Shown: positions 29,898 to 37,706, counted from the stretch's first letter. The stretch: 42,435 nucleotides of DNA from a virus (IMGVR_UViG_3300032321_000458:1-42435); one strand, 5' to 3'. The notes: generated by a model from the letters alone, not told the origin. Translations and numbers: made by a program.

Positions 29898-30299
29898 ATG
29901 AAAAAATATCTACTATTAGGTCTACTCTTTGTCAGTCTGGCTAGAGCCGAATCTATATATCTTGTAACACCAACAATTGATGTAACCACATCACACTCAG
30001 TCCAAACAATAGAATTTTATAACAACGTTCATAAAAGAATCGGTTGGTATAAACGATATCCTCTTTTTGCCCAAGTAAAAGGCATGGAAGGAGATGTTAT
30101 TGTCTATGCCGTAGTTGATAATACTGGTAAAGTTATAGATGCATCTATTAATGATTCTAGTGGAAACACTGTAATTGACCAAGGAGGTATTGATACCATT
30201 TATAATGCTTCTCCTTTTATAGCTCCTCCTGCAGAATTAATGACTGATAATAAAGTTAAACTACTAGTTCCTATATCATTTAAATTAGTGCGCGGATAG
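29898..30299 (+). CDS. Secreted TonB C-terminal-domain protein
   Basis: Signal peptide MKKYLLLGLLFVSLARA; RYPLFAQVKGMEGDVIVYAVVDNTGKV...SSGNTVIDQGG...PFIAPP...VPISFKL matches TonB_C. SD GGAGG before ATG 29898. Confidence 0.85.
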   Translation: MKKYLLLGLLFVSLARAESIYLVTPTIDVTTSHSVQTIEFYNNVHKRIGWYKRYPLFAQVKGMEGDVIVYAVVDNTGKVIDASINDSSGNTVIDQGGIDTIYNASPFIAPPAELMTDNKVKLLVPISFKLVRG

Positions 30300-30328
30300 T
30301 TTACTTTAATTAGGGTGTATGTTATAAT
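30300..30328 (+). promoter_or_regulatory. Early/middle-type promoter
   Basis: TTTACT-TTAA..., 17-nt spacer, TATAAT. Confidence 0.75.
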
Positions 30329-30351
30329 GTCTTTTTGAAAAAGGAGTGAAA

Positions 30352-30507
30352 ATGTCACATATTTACATACTTCATGCAAAAAATGTTCAATCAAATCATA
30401 CATTTATAGAACTGTTTTCGAGTGAAAATATATTAAATCAATTCTTGTCAAATCATCCAAATATTTCTAAATTAGAAATAACACTCCATGAAATAAATCC
30501 TATTTAG
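30352..30507 (+). CDS. Small hypothetical protein (51 aa, not in ORF track)
   Basis: Own promoter and SD AAGGAG; MSHIYILHAKNVQSNHTFIELFSSEN...EINPI. Confidence 0.65.
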   Translation: MSHIYILHAKNVQSNHTFIELFSSENILNQFLSNHPNISKLEITLHEINPI

Positions 30508-30512
30508 ACCAG

Positions 30513-30541
30513 TTTACATTAAATCGGATTTAGTATATAAT
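30513..30541 (+). promoter_or_regulatory. Early/middle-type promoter
   Basis: TTTACA-TTAA..., 17-nt spacer, TATAAT. Confidence 0.75.
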
Positions 30542-30576
30542 GTTCTTACAGTAATAACTTGAGAAGGAAATAAATT

Positions 30577-31506
30577 ATGGCACATATGATCGCAAGAACA
30601 GCAAACGGTAAAGATGCAATGGCTTATGTAGGTGAAACTCCATGGCATGGTTTAGGTCAAGAACTTACAGAAGATGCTTCATTAGAAGTTTGGGCTAAAG
30701 AATCTGGTCTAGATTTTGAATTAGCAACCGCTGAAGTTCAATTCAATAACGAATTTAAATATGACGCTAAGAAAGTTATGTATAGAAAAGATACAAATCT
30801 TCCTTTAGGCATTGTATCAAACAGATATCAAATAGTTCAACCTATTGAAGTTCTTAATTTCTTTAAGAATATGGTTGGAACAATCGCGCATTTAGAAACA
30901 GCTGGTGTATTAAGAAATGGTGCTCATTACTGGGCTCTTGCTAGAATGGACGGTGAGTTTGATATTGCAGGTGATAAAGTTAAACAATATCTACTACTAG
31001 CTTCTTCAGCTGATGGTTCATTAGCAACCCAAGCTAGATTAACAAGTGTACGTGTTGTATGTAATAACACATTACAACTCGCTCAACAAGGTGTAGCTGA
31101 AGTAGTTGTTAGACATTCATCAGTGTTTAAACCAGAAGTCGTTGTTTCAAAACTTGCTGATTGTAATGATATCTTTAAGACATTCGAACAAACTGCAAAT
31201 ATCCTTGCTAATTTAAGATTATCTTCTAAGAATGCTCAAGAAGTATTTACTAGAATTCTTGGTGGTAAAGAGCAAGTAATGAATTACAAAGTAGATCGTG
31301 CTCTTCAGTTATACAAAGGAGAAGCTATCGGAGCTAATCTTGAATCTTCAAAAGGTACAGGTTGGGGAGCTTTAAATGCAGTTACTCAAATGGTAGATTG
31401 GGAGATGTCTAAAACGCCAAGTGGTAGACTTAATAATGCTTGGTTTGGTAATGGTGTTGATATTAAACAAAATGCTGTTAATCAACTTATGGCAATTGCA
31501 GCATAA
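30577..31506 (+). CDS. DUF932-family phage/plasmid protein
   Basis: MAYVGETPWHGLG, ETAGVLRNG, RVVCNNTL and GTGWGALNAVT. Confidence 0.88.
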   Translation: MAHMIARTANGKDAMAYVGETPWHGLGQELTEDASLEVWAKESGLDFELATAEVQFNNEFKYDAKKVMYRKDTNLPLGIVSNRYQIVQPIEVLNFFKNMVGTIAHLETAGVLRNGAHYWALARMDGEFDIAGDKVKQYLLLASSADGSLATQARLTSVRVVCNNTLQLAQQGVAEVVVRHSSVFKPEVVVSKLADCNDIFKTFEQTANILANLRLSSKNAQEVFTRILGGKEQVMNYKVDRALQLYKGEAIGANLESSKGTGWGALNAVTQMVDWEMSKTPSGRLNNAWFGNGVDIKQNAVNQLMAIAA

Positions 31507-31901
31507 TGATGAAATTCATTGGTCTTAAAGATACACAAAAGTTATACGTAATCACTATCATGGAAAAGTTTAACCATGATAGTGATGAAATAACTCTTAA
31601 ACAAATGGATCAATACCACATGAAGATGTTTAAACAACGTGAAAAAGGCGGTATAAAACTAGGTTACCCTAAGTGGCTAGTTAATCCTGGTAATAAATTG
31701 GCTAAGTCTGTGTATGGATTTCCAATGCCAACTGAAGATGAGTTAGATGACTTTAAAGAAGGTAAGTCATTTAGAGTAATAGATGTATCTGAATTCTCTG
31801 ATATGTTTAAGGCTACGGTTCAAGAATATGGATTAAGAGTAGCTGATAACGTAGACATGAGATTTAAATACAAACTAAAGAACGCAAAGATCGTATATTA
31901 A
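31506..31901 (+). CDS. Hypothetical protein
   Basis: TAATG-coupled 131-aa ORF. Confidence 0.6.
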   Translation: MMKFIGLKDTQKLYVITIMEKFNHDSDEITLKQMDQYHMKMFKQREKGGIKLGYPKWLVNPGNKLAKSVYGFPMPTEDELDDFKEGKSFRVIDVSEFSDMFKATVQEYGLRVADNVDMRFKYKLKNAKIVY

Positions 31902-32068
31902 TGATAGTATATAAATGCAATGCTAGTTGGCCTATCTTTAAGAAATTTAGAAGATATGTTAAAATGCGAGTATCAGATAAGGATAAGAGACGTTGGATCA
32001 GAGTTAGTAAGTTTAGAAGAATGTGGTATTGGAATGAATCTAATTGGAATAAAAGACACGGAGAATAA
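31901..32068 (+). CDS. Small, highly basic Trp-rich protein (55 aa, not in ORF track)
   Basis: TAATG overlap; MIVYKCNASWPIFKKFRRYVKMRVSDKDKRRWIRVSKFRRMWYWNESNWNKRHGE. Confidence 0.55.
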   Translation: MIVYKCNASWPIFKKFRRYVKMRVSDKDKRRWIRVSKFRRMWYWNESNWNKRHGE

Positions 32069-32075
32069 AAATAAA

Positions 32076-32104
32076 TGTACTTTAATCTAAAACTAGTATA
32101 TAAT
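32076..32104 (+). promoter_or_regulatory. Early/middle-type promoter
   Basis: TGTACT-TTAA..., 17-nt spacer, TATAAT. Confidence 0.7.
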
Positions 32105-32179
32105 TCTAAAATGATAGATAAGGTAGCCACGATCTTATCAATATCATCCCGTAAACGTGGCAATATGAAGGAGTATTAT

Positions 32180-32374
32180 ATGACTGCAACACAAAAGTTA
32201 ATTAAAACCTTTTCAAAAGGTCAATCATTAACAGCAAGACAGATCGCTAGCCGTTTTGGTTTAGCAAATCCTTATGACGCGATTGCTTACATCCGTCGTC
32301 AAGGTTATTCTGTTAAAGCTACACCTGCTAAATTATATAGCGGTTCAGTTGTTAACAAGTATAGCTTCAATTAA
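32180..32374 (+). CDS. Small (winged) helix-turn-helix DNA-binding protein
   Basis: SD AAGGAG before ATG 32180; SLTARQIASRFGLANPYDAIAYIRRQGYSV. Confidence 0.7.
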   Translation: MTATQKLIKTFSKGQSLTARQIASRFGLANPYDAIAYIRRQGYSVKATPAKLYSGSVVNKYSFN

Positions 32375-32382
32375 GTCTGTAT

Positions 32383-32407
32383 GGGAGGCGCAATGCCTCC
32401 TCTTTTT
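32383..32407 (+). terminator. Rho-independent terminator
   Basis: GGAGGC-GCAAT-GCCTCC stem followed by TCTTTTT. Confidence 0.75.
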
Positions 32408-32449
32408 AGAGTTTTTCAAGAGAGTTCTAAACAGAGGAGATATTATATT

Positions 32450-32710
32450 ATGAAAAAATTAGCAATTGTTTTATTATTTGCCACATCGTCAGCATATAGC
32501 GCAACAGCTATATTAACTCCAATTCTAGTTGATTTTGAAACTCCAAAAGAAAAGTTTTATCGACTAATGACTTATAAGACTTCTTATAAAGTTATTAATG
32601 GAGGTATTAAATTGCCAGATAATTATATTTCTGCAGATACCTTAATAAAAAATCAAGACGGTACTATCGAATTAATTAATATGTCTAATAACCTAAAACC
32701 AACTTTATAA
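32450..32710 (+). CDS. Hypothetical secreted protein
   Basis: SD GAGGAG; signal peptide MKKLAIVLLFATSSAYSA. Confidence 0.6.
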   Translation: MKKLAIVLLFATSSAYSATAILTPILVDFETPKEKFYRLMTYKTSYKVINGGIKLPDNYISADTLIKNQDGTIELINMSNNLKPTL

Positions 32711-32711
32711 T

Positions 32712-33119
32712 ATGGCATTAAGTAAAAGACTAATTAATAAACTAGCATCAGCCGCAGGTAGTAGTGAAAAACTATTTGATGGAGCAGGTACTGGAGATAT
32801 CTTAAAAGATTCTCAGTCAAAAGATCATAAAGGTGGTAGAAAATTTGATGGGGGTAAACTACAATATGGTTTAATACCTCCTTTGGCTTTAAGAGAGACT
32901 GTAAAAGTTTTAACTTATGGTGCTGAAAAATACGAACCAGATAACTGGCGTAGAGTACCAGACGGACCTCGTAGATATTTTGATGCAGCGCAAAGACATC
33001 TATGGGCTTATAAAAAAGGCGAACTAAATGATGAAGAAACTGGTATTAATCATTTAGCTCATGCTATTTGTTGTTTAATGTTTATGTTAGATCTTGATGA
33101 AAGTGAGTATGAAGAATGA
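32712..33119 (+). CDS. dATP/dGTP diphosphohydrolase-domain (DUF5664-like) protein
   Basis: GRKFDGGKLQYGLIPP, VLTYGAEKYEPDNWR and DEETGINHLAHAICCLMF. Confidence 0.8.
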   Translation: MALSKRLINKLASAAGSSEKLFDGAGTGDILKDSQSKDHKGGRKFDGGKLQYGLIPPLALRETVKVLTYGAEKYEPDNWRRVPDGPRRYFDAAQRHLWAYKKGELNDEETGINHLAHAICCLMFMLDLDESEYEE

Positions 33120-33778
33120 AATTGAGTAAAGAAACCCTAGCGGTAATTAAAAATTATGCAACAATCAACAATAACCTATTATTCAAACAAGGTAATAAGT
33201 TATCAACCATAGCAGTAGGTAGTACTATTCTATCTACAGCCACGGTATCTGAAACATTTGATAAAGAATTTGCCATCTATGATGTAAATGAATTCCTAGC
33301 TGCATTATCTTTATTTGAAGATCCAGATATTATCTTTGATGAAAAATATCTAACTATCAATCAAGGTAGTGGTTCTATTAAATATTTTGCCGCAGCGATG
33401 GAAGCAATTGTAGCTCCTAAGAATGAAGTTAAGTTTCCAGAAGCTGAGGTAAATTTTACTTTAGACGCATCAGTATATAATATGATTCTTAAGACAGCAT
33501 CATTATTAAAATCGCCTGACGTGTCTATTGTTGGTAATGGATCTACAGTATCACTTGTAGTTGCTCCTAAAAAGAATCAGACTGGTAATGCTTATACAAC
33601 TACTCTTGGCACGACAACTCTTAATTTTAAAGTCAACCTATTAGTTGATAACTTAAAATTATTATCTGGTGATTATGATGTATCAATCTCTTCTAAGAAG
33701 ATCTCTAGATTTAAATCTAAGACATCTGACTTAGTATATTATGTTGCAGTAGAAGCAGATTCTACATTTGAAGTTTAA
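33116..33778 (+). CDS. gp45: Sliding clamp gp45
   Basis: MKLSKETLAVIKNYATIN, FAIYDVNEFL and YYVAVEADS. Confidence 0.95.
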   Translation: MKLSKETLAVIKNYATINNNLLFKQGNKLSTIAVGSTILSTATVSETFDKEFAIYDVNEFLAALSLFEDPDIIFDEKYLTINQGSGSIKYFAAAMEAIVAPKNEVKFPEAEVNFTLDASVYNMILKTASLLKSPDVSIVGNGSTVSLVVAPKKNQTGNAYTTTLGTTTLNFKVNLLVDNLKLLSGDYDVSISSKKISRFKSKTSDLVYYVAVEADSTFEV

Positions 33779-33796
33779 TTATATTATGGAGTTGTT

Positions 33797-34732
33797 ATGC
33801 AAGAATATTTATGGGTGGAGAAGTATCGTCCACAAAAGATAGATGACTGTGTTTTACCCCAATCTCTAAAAAATACCTTTAAGGAGTTTATTGCATCTGG
33901 TGAACTGCCTAATTTTTTGTTTTGTGGTGGAGCCGGTGTAGGTAAAACTACAGTTGCAAAAGCCTTATGTAACGAGATCGGTGCTGAATATCTATTCATT
34001 AACGGATCTGAAGAATCAGGTATTGATGTATTAAGAACAAAGATCAAAAGTTTTGCCTCATCAGTATCTCTTACTGATGCTAAAAAGGTAATCATTCTAG
34101 ACGAAGCAGATTACCTAAATCCAAATTCAACTCAACCAGCATTACGAGCTTTCATTGAAGAGTTTAGTAATAATTGTCGATTCATCTTTACATGTAATTA
34201 TAAGAATCGTATTATTGATCCTCTTCATTCAAGATGTTCTGTCATCGACTTTAAGATTGAAAACAATGAGAAGCAAGCCATTGCGGCAAGTTTCTTCAAA
34301 CGGGCATCTAATATCCTTTCTCAAGAGAATATTGAATTCGATCAAAAAGTCGTTGCTGAACTTATCACAAAGTATTTTCCTGATTACCGCCGTATCCTAA
34401 ATGAATTACAAAGATATTCTGTATCTGGTAGAATTGATTCTGCTATTCTATTAAATGTTACTGAAGAATCATTCAAAGAACTTATTAAGAATATGAAAGA
34501 TAAGAACTTTACTGAGGTTCGTAAATGGGTAGCAAAGAATAGTGATTCAGATTCGATAAATATATTTAGACAGCTTTATGATTCTGCATTTACAGTTATG
34601 GAAACTGCAAGTATTCCTCAACTAGTTCTTATATTAGCAGACTATCAATATAAAGCAGCTTTCGTTGCCGATCATGAACTTAATCTGATGGCAGCTTTAA
34701 CAGAGGTAATGGCGCAATGCAAGATGAAATAA
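33797..34732 (+). CDS. gp44: Clamp loader large subunit gp44
   Basis: LWVEKYRP, GGAGVGKTT, ILDEADYL and LHSRC. Confidence 0.96.
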   Translation: MQEYLWVEKYRPQKIDDCVLPQSLKNTFKEFIASGELPNFLFCGGAGVGKTTVAKALCNEIGAEYLFINGSEESGIDVLRTKIKSFASSVSLTDAKKVIILDEADYLNPNSTQPALRAFIEEFSNNCRFIFTCNYKNRIIDPLHSRCSVIDFKIENNEKQAIAASFFKRASNILSQENIEFDQKVVAELITKYFPDYRRILNELQRYSVSGRIDSAILLNVTEESFKELIKNMKDKNFTEVRKWVAKNSDSDSINIFRQLYDSAFTVMETASIPQLVLILADYQYKAAFVADHELNLMAALTEVMAQCKMK

Positions 34733-34965
34733 AACAAGAATATGATCCTGAAGATTGGGAAAAAGCCGAATATTTAATATCACACGGATTTATCAAATCA
34801 AATTATTCAGATAAGTATAAGGATATACTAGAAGCTGCAGTAAATATACATGCTGTAAAAATGCGAGGATATGATCAGTTTATTAAAGATGGAGGTACAC
34901 CGGCGTTTGAAGGTAAACAATGGGAGGAATACACCAAACGCCAGCTAGAACCAGGATTTAAATGA
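34717..34965 (+). CDS. Hypothetical protein
   Basis: 82-aa ORF with SD GAGG, inserted between gp44 and gp62. Confidence 0.55.
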   Translation: MQDEIKQEYDPEDWEKAEYLISHGFIKSNYSDKYKDILEAAVNIHAVKMRGYDQFIKDGGTPAFEGKQWEEYTKRQLEPGFK

Positions 34966-35282
34966 TATTCCTATCAGTTGTTATAGGATTTATAATTGGA
35001 TGGCTTGCTCTTAAATTACTAATAAACCGTAGACTCAAGATAATGCTTGAGAGTATTGCTTATTCTCCTCTTCCAGAAAAGAAAGAACCTAAAAAGGTTG
35101 ATATAGATCTAGTAAAGATTAAAGATGTCATCTATGCATATAGCAGAGACGAACCTCAGTTTCTAGCTCAAGGTACTACAAAAGAAGAAATAGCTGAAAA
35201 CTTAAAGATAAGATTTCCTGATACATCATTTATGGCTAGTCCAAAAAATTTAAGAGAAGTAGGTTTAGATGAATCCATTTGA
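34962..35282 (+). CDS. Hypothetical membrane-anchored protein
   Basis: N-terminal hydrophobic helix; FLAQGTTKEE motif. Confidence 0.6.
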   Translation: MIFLSVVIGFIIGWLALKLLINRRLKIMLESIAYSPLPEKKEPKKVDIDLVKIKDVIYAYSRDEPQFLAQGTTKEEIAENLKIRFPDTSFMASPKNLREVGLDESI

Positions 35283-35649
35283 TTTTCTTAATGCTATAAA
35301 CGACAATAAAAAGAACCTATTTGAAGACCCTCAGGCTGAGAAGGACTATAGTTCCTTTATGGTTAACCGAGGTCTATCATATTTTCCAGATACCATTCTC
35401 TTTGCCAATGAAATGAACAAAGCCGCGGAGATACCTAAAAAGTGGCAGTTTGACTTCTTATTACAATCAATATCTAAGAAAAGACGGTTCAGTAAATGGC
35501 ATAAAAAAGATGCAAGTACTGAGTCGTTAAAGCTTATTATGAAACATTATAAGTATTCTGAAAACAAAGCTTATGAGGTAATTGATTTAATGTCTCCGGA
35601 GCATCTCCAAGAGCTTAAAGAAGCATATGAAACCGGTGGTAGAAGTTAG
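35269..35649 (+). CDS. gp62: Clamp loader small subunit gp62
   Basis: FDFLNAIN, YSSFMVNRGLSYFPDTILFANEMN and KRRFSKW. Confidence 0.92.
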   Translation: MNPFDFLNAINDNKKNLFEDPQAEKDYSSFMVNRGLSYFPDTILFANEMNKAAEIPKKWQFDFLLQSISKKRRFSKWHKKDASTESLKLIMKHYKYSENKAYEVIDLMSPEHLQELKEAYETGGRS

Positions 35650-35655
35650 TAATTA

Positions 35656-35663
35656 TATAAATA
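35656..35663 (+). promoter_or_regulatory. T4-type late promoter upstream of regA
   Basis: TATAAATA in the intergenic gap. Confidence 0.6.
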
Positions 35664-35700
35664 AAATATAGATTAATAAAAGAATGAAAGTGAACATATA

Positions 35701-36129
35701 ATGACTATCGCCATGGTTTATTATGATTGGACGCCTGATGCGATGTTGGAAGTTGATTTGATTGAACCAGATAATTTTTTAAAAGTCAGAGAAACTCTCA
35801 CCCGTATAGGCATAGCTTCAAGAAAAGACAAGAAGCTATTTCAATCCTGCCATATCCTACACAAACAAGGAAAGTACTTTATTGTACATTTCAAAGAACT
35901 ATTTGCCCTTGACGGCAAAGAGTCAGATATCTCTATCTCCGATATAGAGAGACGAAATGTTATTTCCGAACTCCTTCAAGATTGGGGTCTTTTAAAGATC
36001 TTACAACCAGCAAAAGCCGAACCTAAAGCTTCTTTATCACAGATTAAAGTAGTCTCATTCAAAGAAAAAGGTGAATGGGAACTAGTACCTAAATATAATA
36101 TTGGTGGTATCAAACGTAAAGCGGAGTAA
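35701..36129 (+). CDS. regA: Translational repressor RegA
   Basis: FLKVRETLTRIGIAS, QSCHILHKQGKYFIVHFKELFALDG and WELVPKYNIG. Confidence 0.96.
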   Translation: MTIAMVYYDWTPDAMLEVDLIEPDNFLKVRETLTRIGIASRKDKKLFQSCHILHKQGKYFIVHFKELFALDGKESDISISDIERRNVISELLQDWGLLKILQPAKAEPKASLSQIKVVSFKEKGEWELVPKYNIGGIKRKAE

Positions 36130-36131
36130 TT

Positions 36132-36308
36132 ATGAATATCAAACTTGATTTGACTGTCCAAGAAGCTAATATCATTCTTAAATATCTAGGCAAAGGTTCA
36201 TATGATGAAGTTGCTGGATTAATATCAAAAATTAAATCTGAAGGTGATAAACAAATATTACAAAAAGAAGAAGTTCTTACTCAAGCTGGATTATTTGACA
36301 ATCAATAA
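36132..36308 (+). CDS. Small hypothetical protein (58 aa, not in ORF track)
   Basis: SD GGAG; MNIKLDLTVQEANIILKYLGKGSYDEVAGLISKIK...LFDNQ. Confidence 0.7.
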   Translation: MNIKLDLTVQEANIILKYLGKGSYDEVAGLISKIKSEGDKQILQKEEVLTQAGLFDNQ

Positions 36309-36374
36309 TCAGCGGATTACGTAATTTTAATACTTTTAATTAACACCCTGGTGAAAGTATTGTATAAGTAGTTA

Positions 36375-36403
36375 TGTACATTAAATACTTTTTAAGATAT
36401 AAT
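36375..36403 (+). promoter_or_regulatory. Early/middle-type promoter driving pqqA
   Basis: TGTACA-TTAA..., 17-nt spacer, TATAAT. Confidence 0.75.
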
Positions 36404-36530
36404 GTACCTATATAGTTGGTAATACAATTATATGATGTATAGGCCTCAAGGTAGACTTTTATCAGATTACCGATATCTCTACTGACATGAGTTTATAAAT
36501 GCACTATTTTATAAACAAAGGAGAACTACT

Positions 36531-36602
36531 ATGTGGACAACACCAGCAGCTACTGAAATGCGCTTTGGTTTTGAAGTTACAATGTACGTAATGAATAAGT
36601 AA
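36531..36602 (+). CDS. pqqA: Pyrroloquinoline quinone precursor peptide PqqA (23 aa, not in ORF track)
   Basis: MWTTPAATEMRFGFEVTMYVMNK with the W-x-x-P start and E-x3-Y core (EVTMY); SD AAAGGAGA; own promoter and terminator. Confidence 0.95.
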   Translation: MWTTPAATEMRFGFEVTMYVMNK

Positions 36603-36618
36603 TTATTCAAGTACATTT

Positions 36619-36643
36619 AAAGGGACCTCAGGGTCCCTTTTTT
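36619..36643 (+). terminator. Rho-independent terminator after pqqA
   Basis: AAAGGGACC-TCAG-GGTCCCTTTTTT. Confidence 0.9.
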
Positions 36644-36657
36644 ATTTACAAAAGTAA

Positions 36658-36686
36658 TTTACTTTAATTCAAAAGCAATATATAAT
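36658..36686 (+). promoter_or_regulatory. Early/middle-type promoter
   Basis: TTTACT-TTAA..., 17-nt spacer, TATAAT. Confidence 0.75.
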
Positions 36687-36712
36687 GAATTATGAGTAAA
36701 AAGGATATACAT

Positions 36713-37174
36713 ATGAAAAAAGTATTTTTTAGTTTATTGTTTATTAGTTCAATAGCATCAGCAACTGAATATGGAATAGTTAAAAGGGTCTCTCCATTAC
36801 ATAGTATGGTTACGACTCCTGTTGAAAGATGTCAACAAGTAACTGAATATGTTCCTCCATCAAATGATATTAATTATGGAACAGTATTAGGTGGAGTAGC
36901 GGGCGGTATTTTAGGAAATCAGGTAGGTGGCGGTACCGGAAAGACAATATCTACGGCAATAGGTACTGGAGTTGGGGCAATTGTAGGACATAGAATGGGT
37001 CAGAGAGATGGATACCAAACTAAAACAGTCTGCTCAACTAGTTATCAAAATAGAAATGAAGTAAACGGTTATAATGTTATTGTTGATTATAATGGAAATC
37101 TTATTTCAGGATTTTTAAATTATAATCCAATGGTGGGATCAAGAATCCCAGTTAATGTTACTCTAGGAGACTAA
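36713..37174 (+). CDS. Glycine-zipper 2TM domain secreted protein (YcfJ-like)
   Basis: Signal peptide; GTVLGGVAGGILGNQVGGGTGKTISTAIGTGVGAIVG. Confidence 0.85.
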   Translation: MKKVFFSLLFISSIASATEYGIVKRVSPLHSMVTTPVERCQQVTEYVPPSNDINYGTVLGGVAGGILGNQVGGGTGKTISTAIGTGVGAIVGHRMGQRDGYQTKTVCSTSYQNRNEVNGYNVIVDYNGNLISGFLNYNPMVGSRIPVNVTLGD

Positions 37175-37176
37175 AA

Positions 37177-37434
37177 ATAGCTATACCAAACAAAAAATTT
37201 AAACCAAAACCAGAAGAAAAACTTGGCTTGGTTGTAGATGTACAAGAAGGACAATTTGAAAAAGCCTTAAGAAAATTCAAGAAAAAAGTCCAAGACTCAG
37301 GACTTCTTGAGGAAATACGAGACCGAATGGAATATGAAAAACCATGCGTAGCTCGTAAGAAAGCAAAGAGTCAAGCAAAAAAACGTTGGTTGAAAAAAGT
37401 AGCATCTACACAGATGCCTAAAAAATTATATTAA
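37177..37434 (+). CDS. rpsU: Ribosomal protein bS21 (start uncertain: ATA 37177 or TTG 37228)
   Basis: VDVQEGQFEKALRKFKKKVQDSGLLEEIRDRMEYEKPCVARKKAK. Confidence 0.9.
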   Translation: MAIPNKKFKPKPEEKLGLVVDVQEGQFEKALRKFKKKVQDSGLLEEIRDRMEYEKPCVARKKAKSQAKKRWLKKVASTQMPKKLY

Positions 37435-37443
37435 GGAGATGTT

Positions 37444-37641
37444 ATGATTGGTACAACAATAGCAATTCAAGAAGCATTAAACGCTTACTTAGCAGAAGAT
37501 GCAAAATTTGTAGCGGGTAATTCATCCGCAGGCACTCGTGCGCGTAAGGCATTAGGCGAACTAGCTAAATTAGTTAAAGCCCGCCGTAATGAAATCTCTG
37601 CAGAAAAAGCAGCACGTAAAGAATCTAAAGGAACTAAATAA
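37444..37641 (+). CDS. Histone H1-like (Hc1-family-like) basic protein
   Basis: KFVAGNSSAGTRARKALGELAKLVKARR motif; SD AAGGAG. Confidence 0.65.
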   Translation: MIGTTIAIQEALNAYLAEDAKFVAGNSSAGTRARKALGELAKLVKARRNEISAEKAARKESKGTK

Positions 37642-37706
37642 TGGGTAACCGTGATAAGAAAAAAGAATCTAAAGGCCGTCCAAAAAAAGACAAGTTGCCA
37701 AAATAA
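37641..37706 (+). CDS. 21-aa basic micropeptide with AT-hook-like KGRPKK
   Basis: MGNRDKKKESKGRPKKDKLPK; TAATG overlap at both ends; SD AAAGGA. Confidence 0.55.
   Translation: MGNRDKKKESKGRPKKDKLPK

Noticed and set aside
32075-32449. ORF-track starts at 32075 and 32381
   Set aside because: They fall within a promoter and a terminator respectively; SD-supported starts are at 32180 and 32450.
32712-33119. Claim of a 2-aminoadenine (Z) genome
   Set aside because: The hydrolase domain alone is widespread, and no purZ or other pathway genes are in the window.
36309-36530. tRNA in the intergenic region before pqqA, including the AATACTTT/AAAGTATT inverted repeat at 36329-36361
   Set aside because: No cloverleaf, GTTCRA T-loop or CCA end. 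No tRNA was recognised anywhere in the window by eye.
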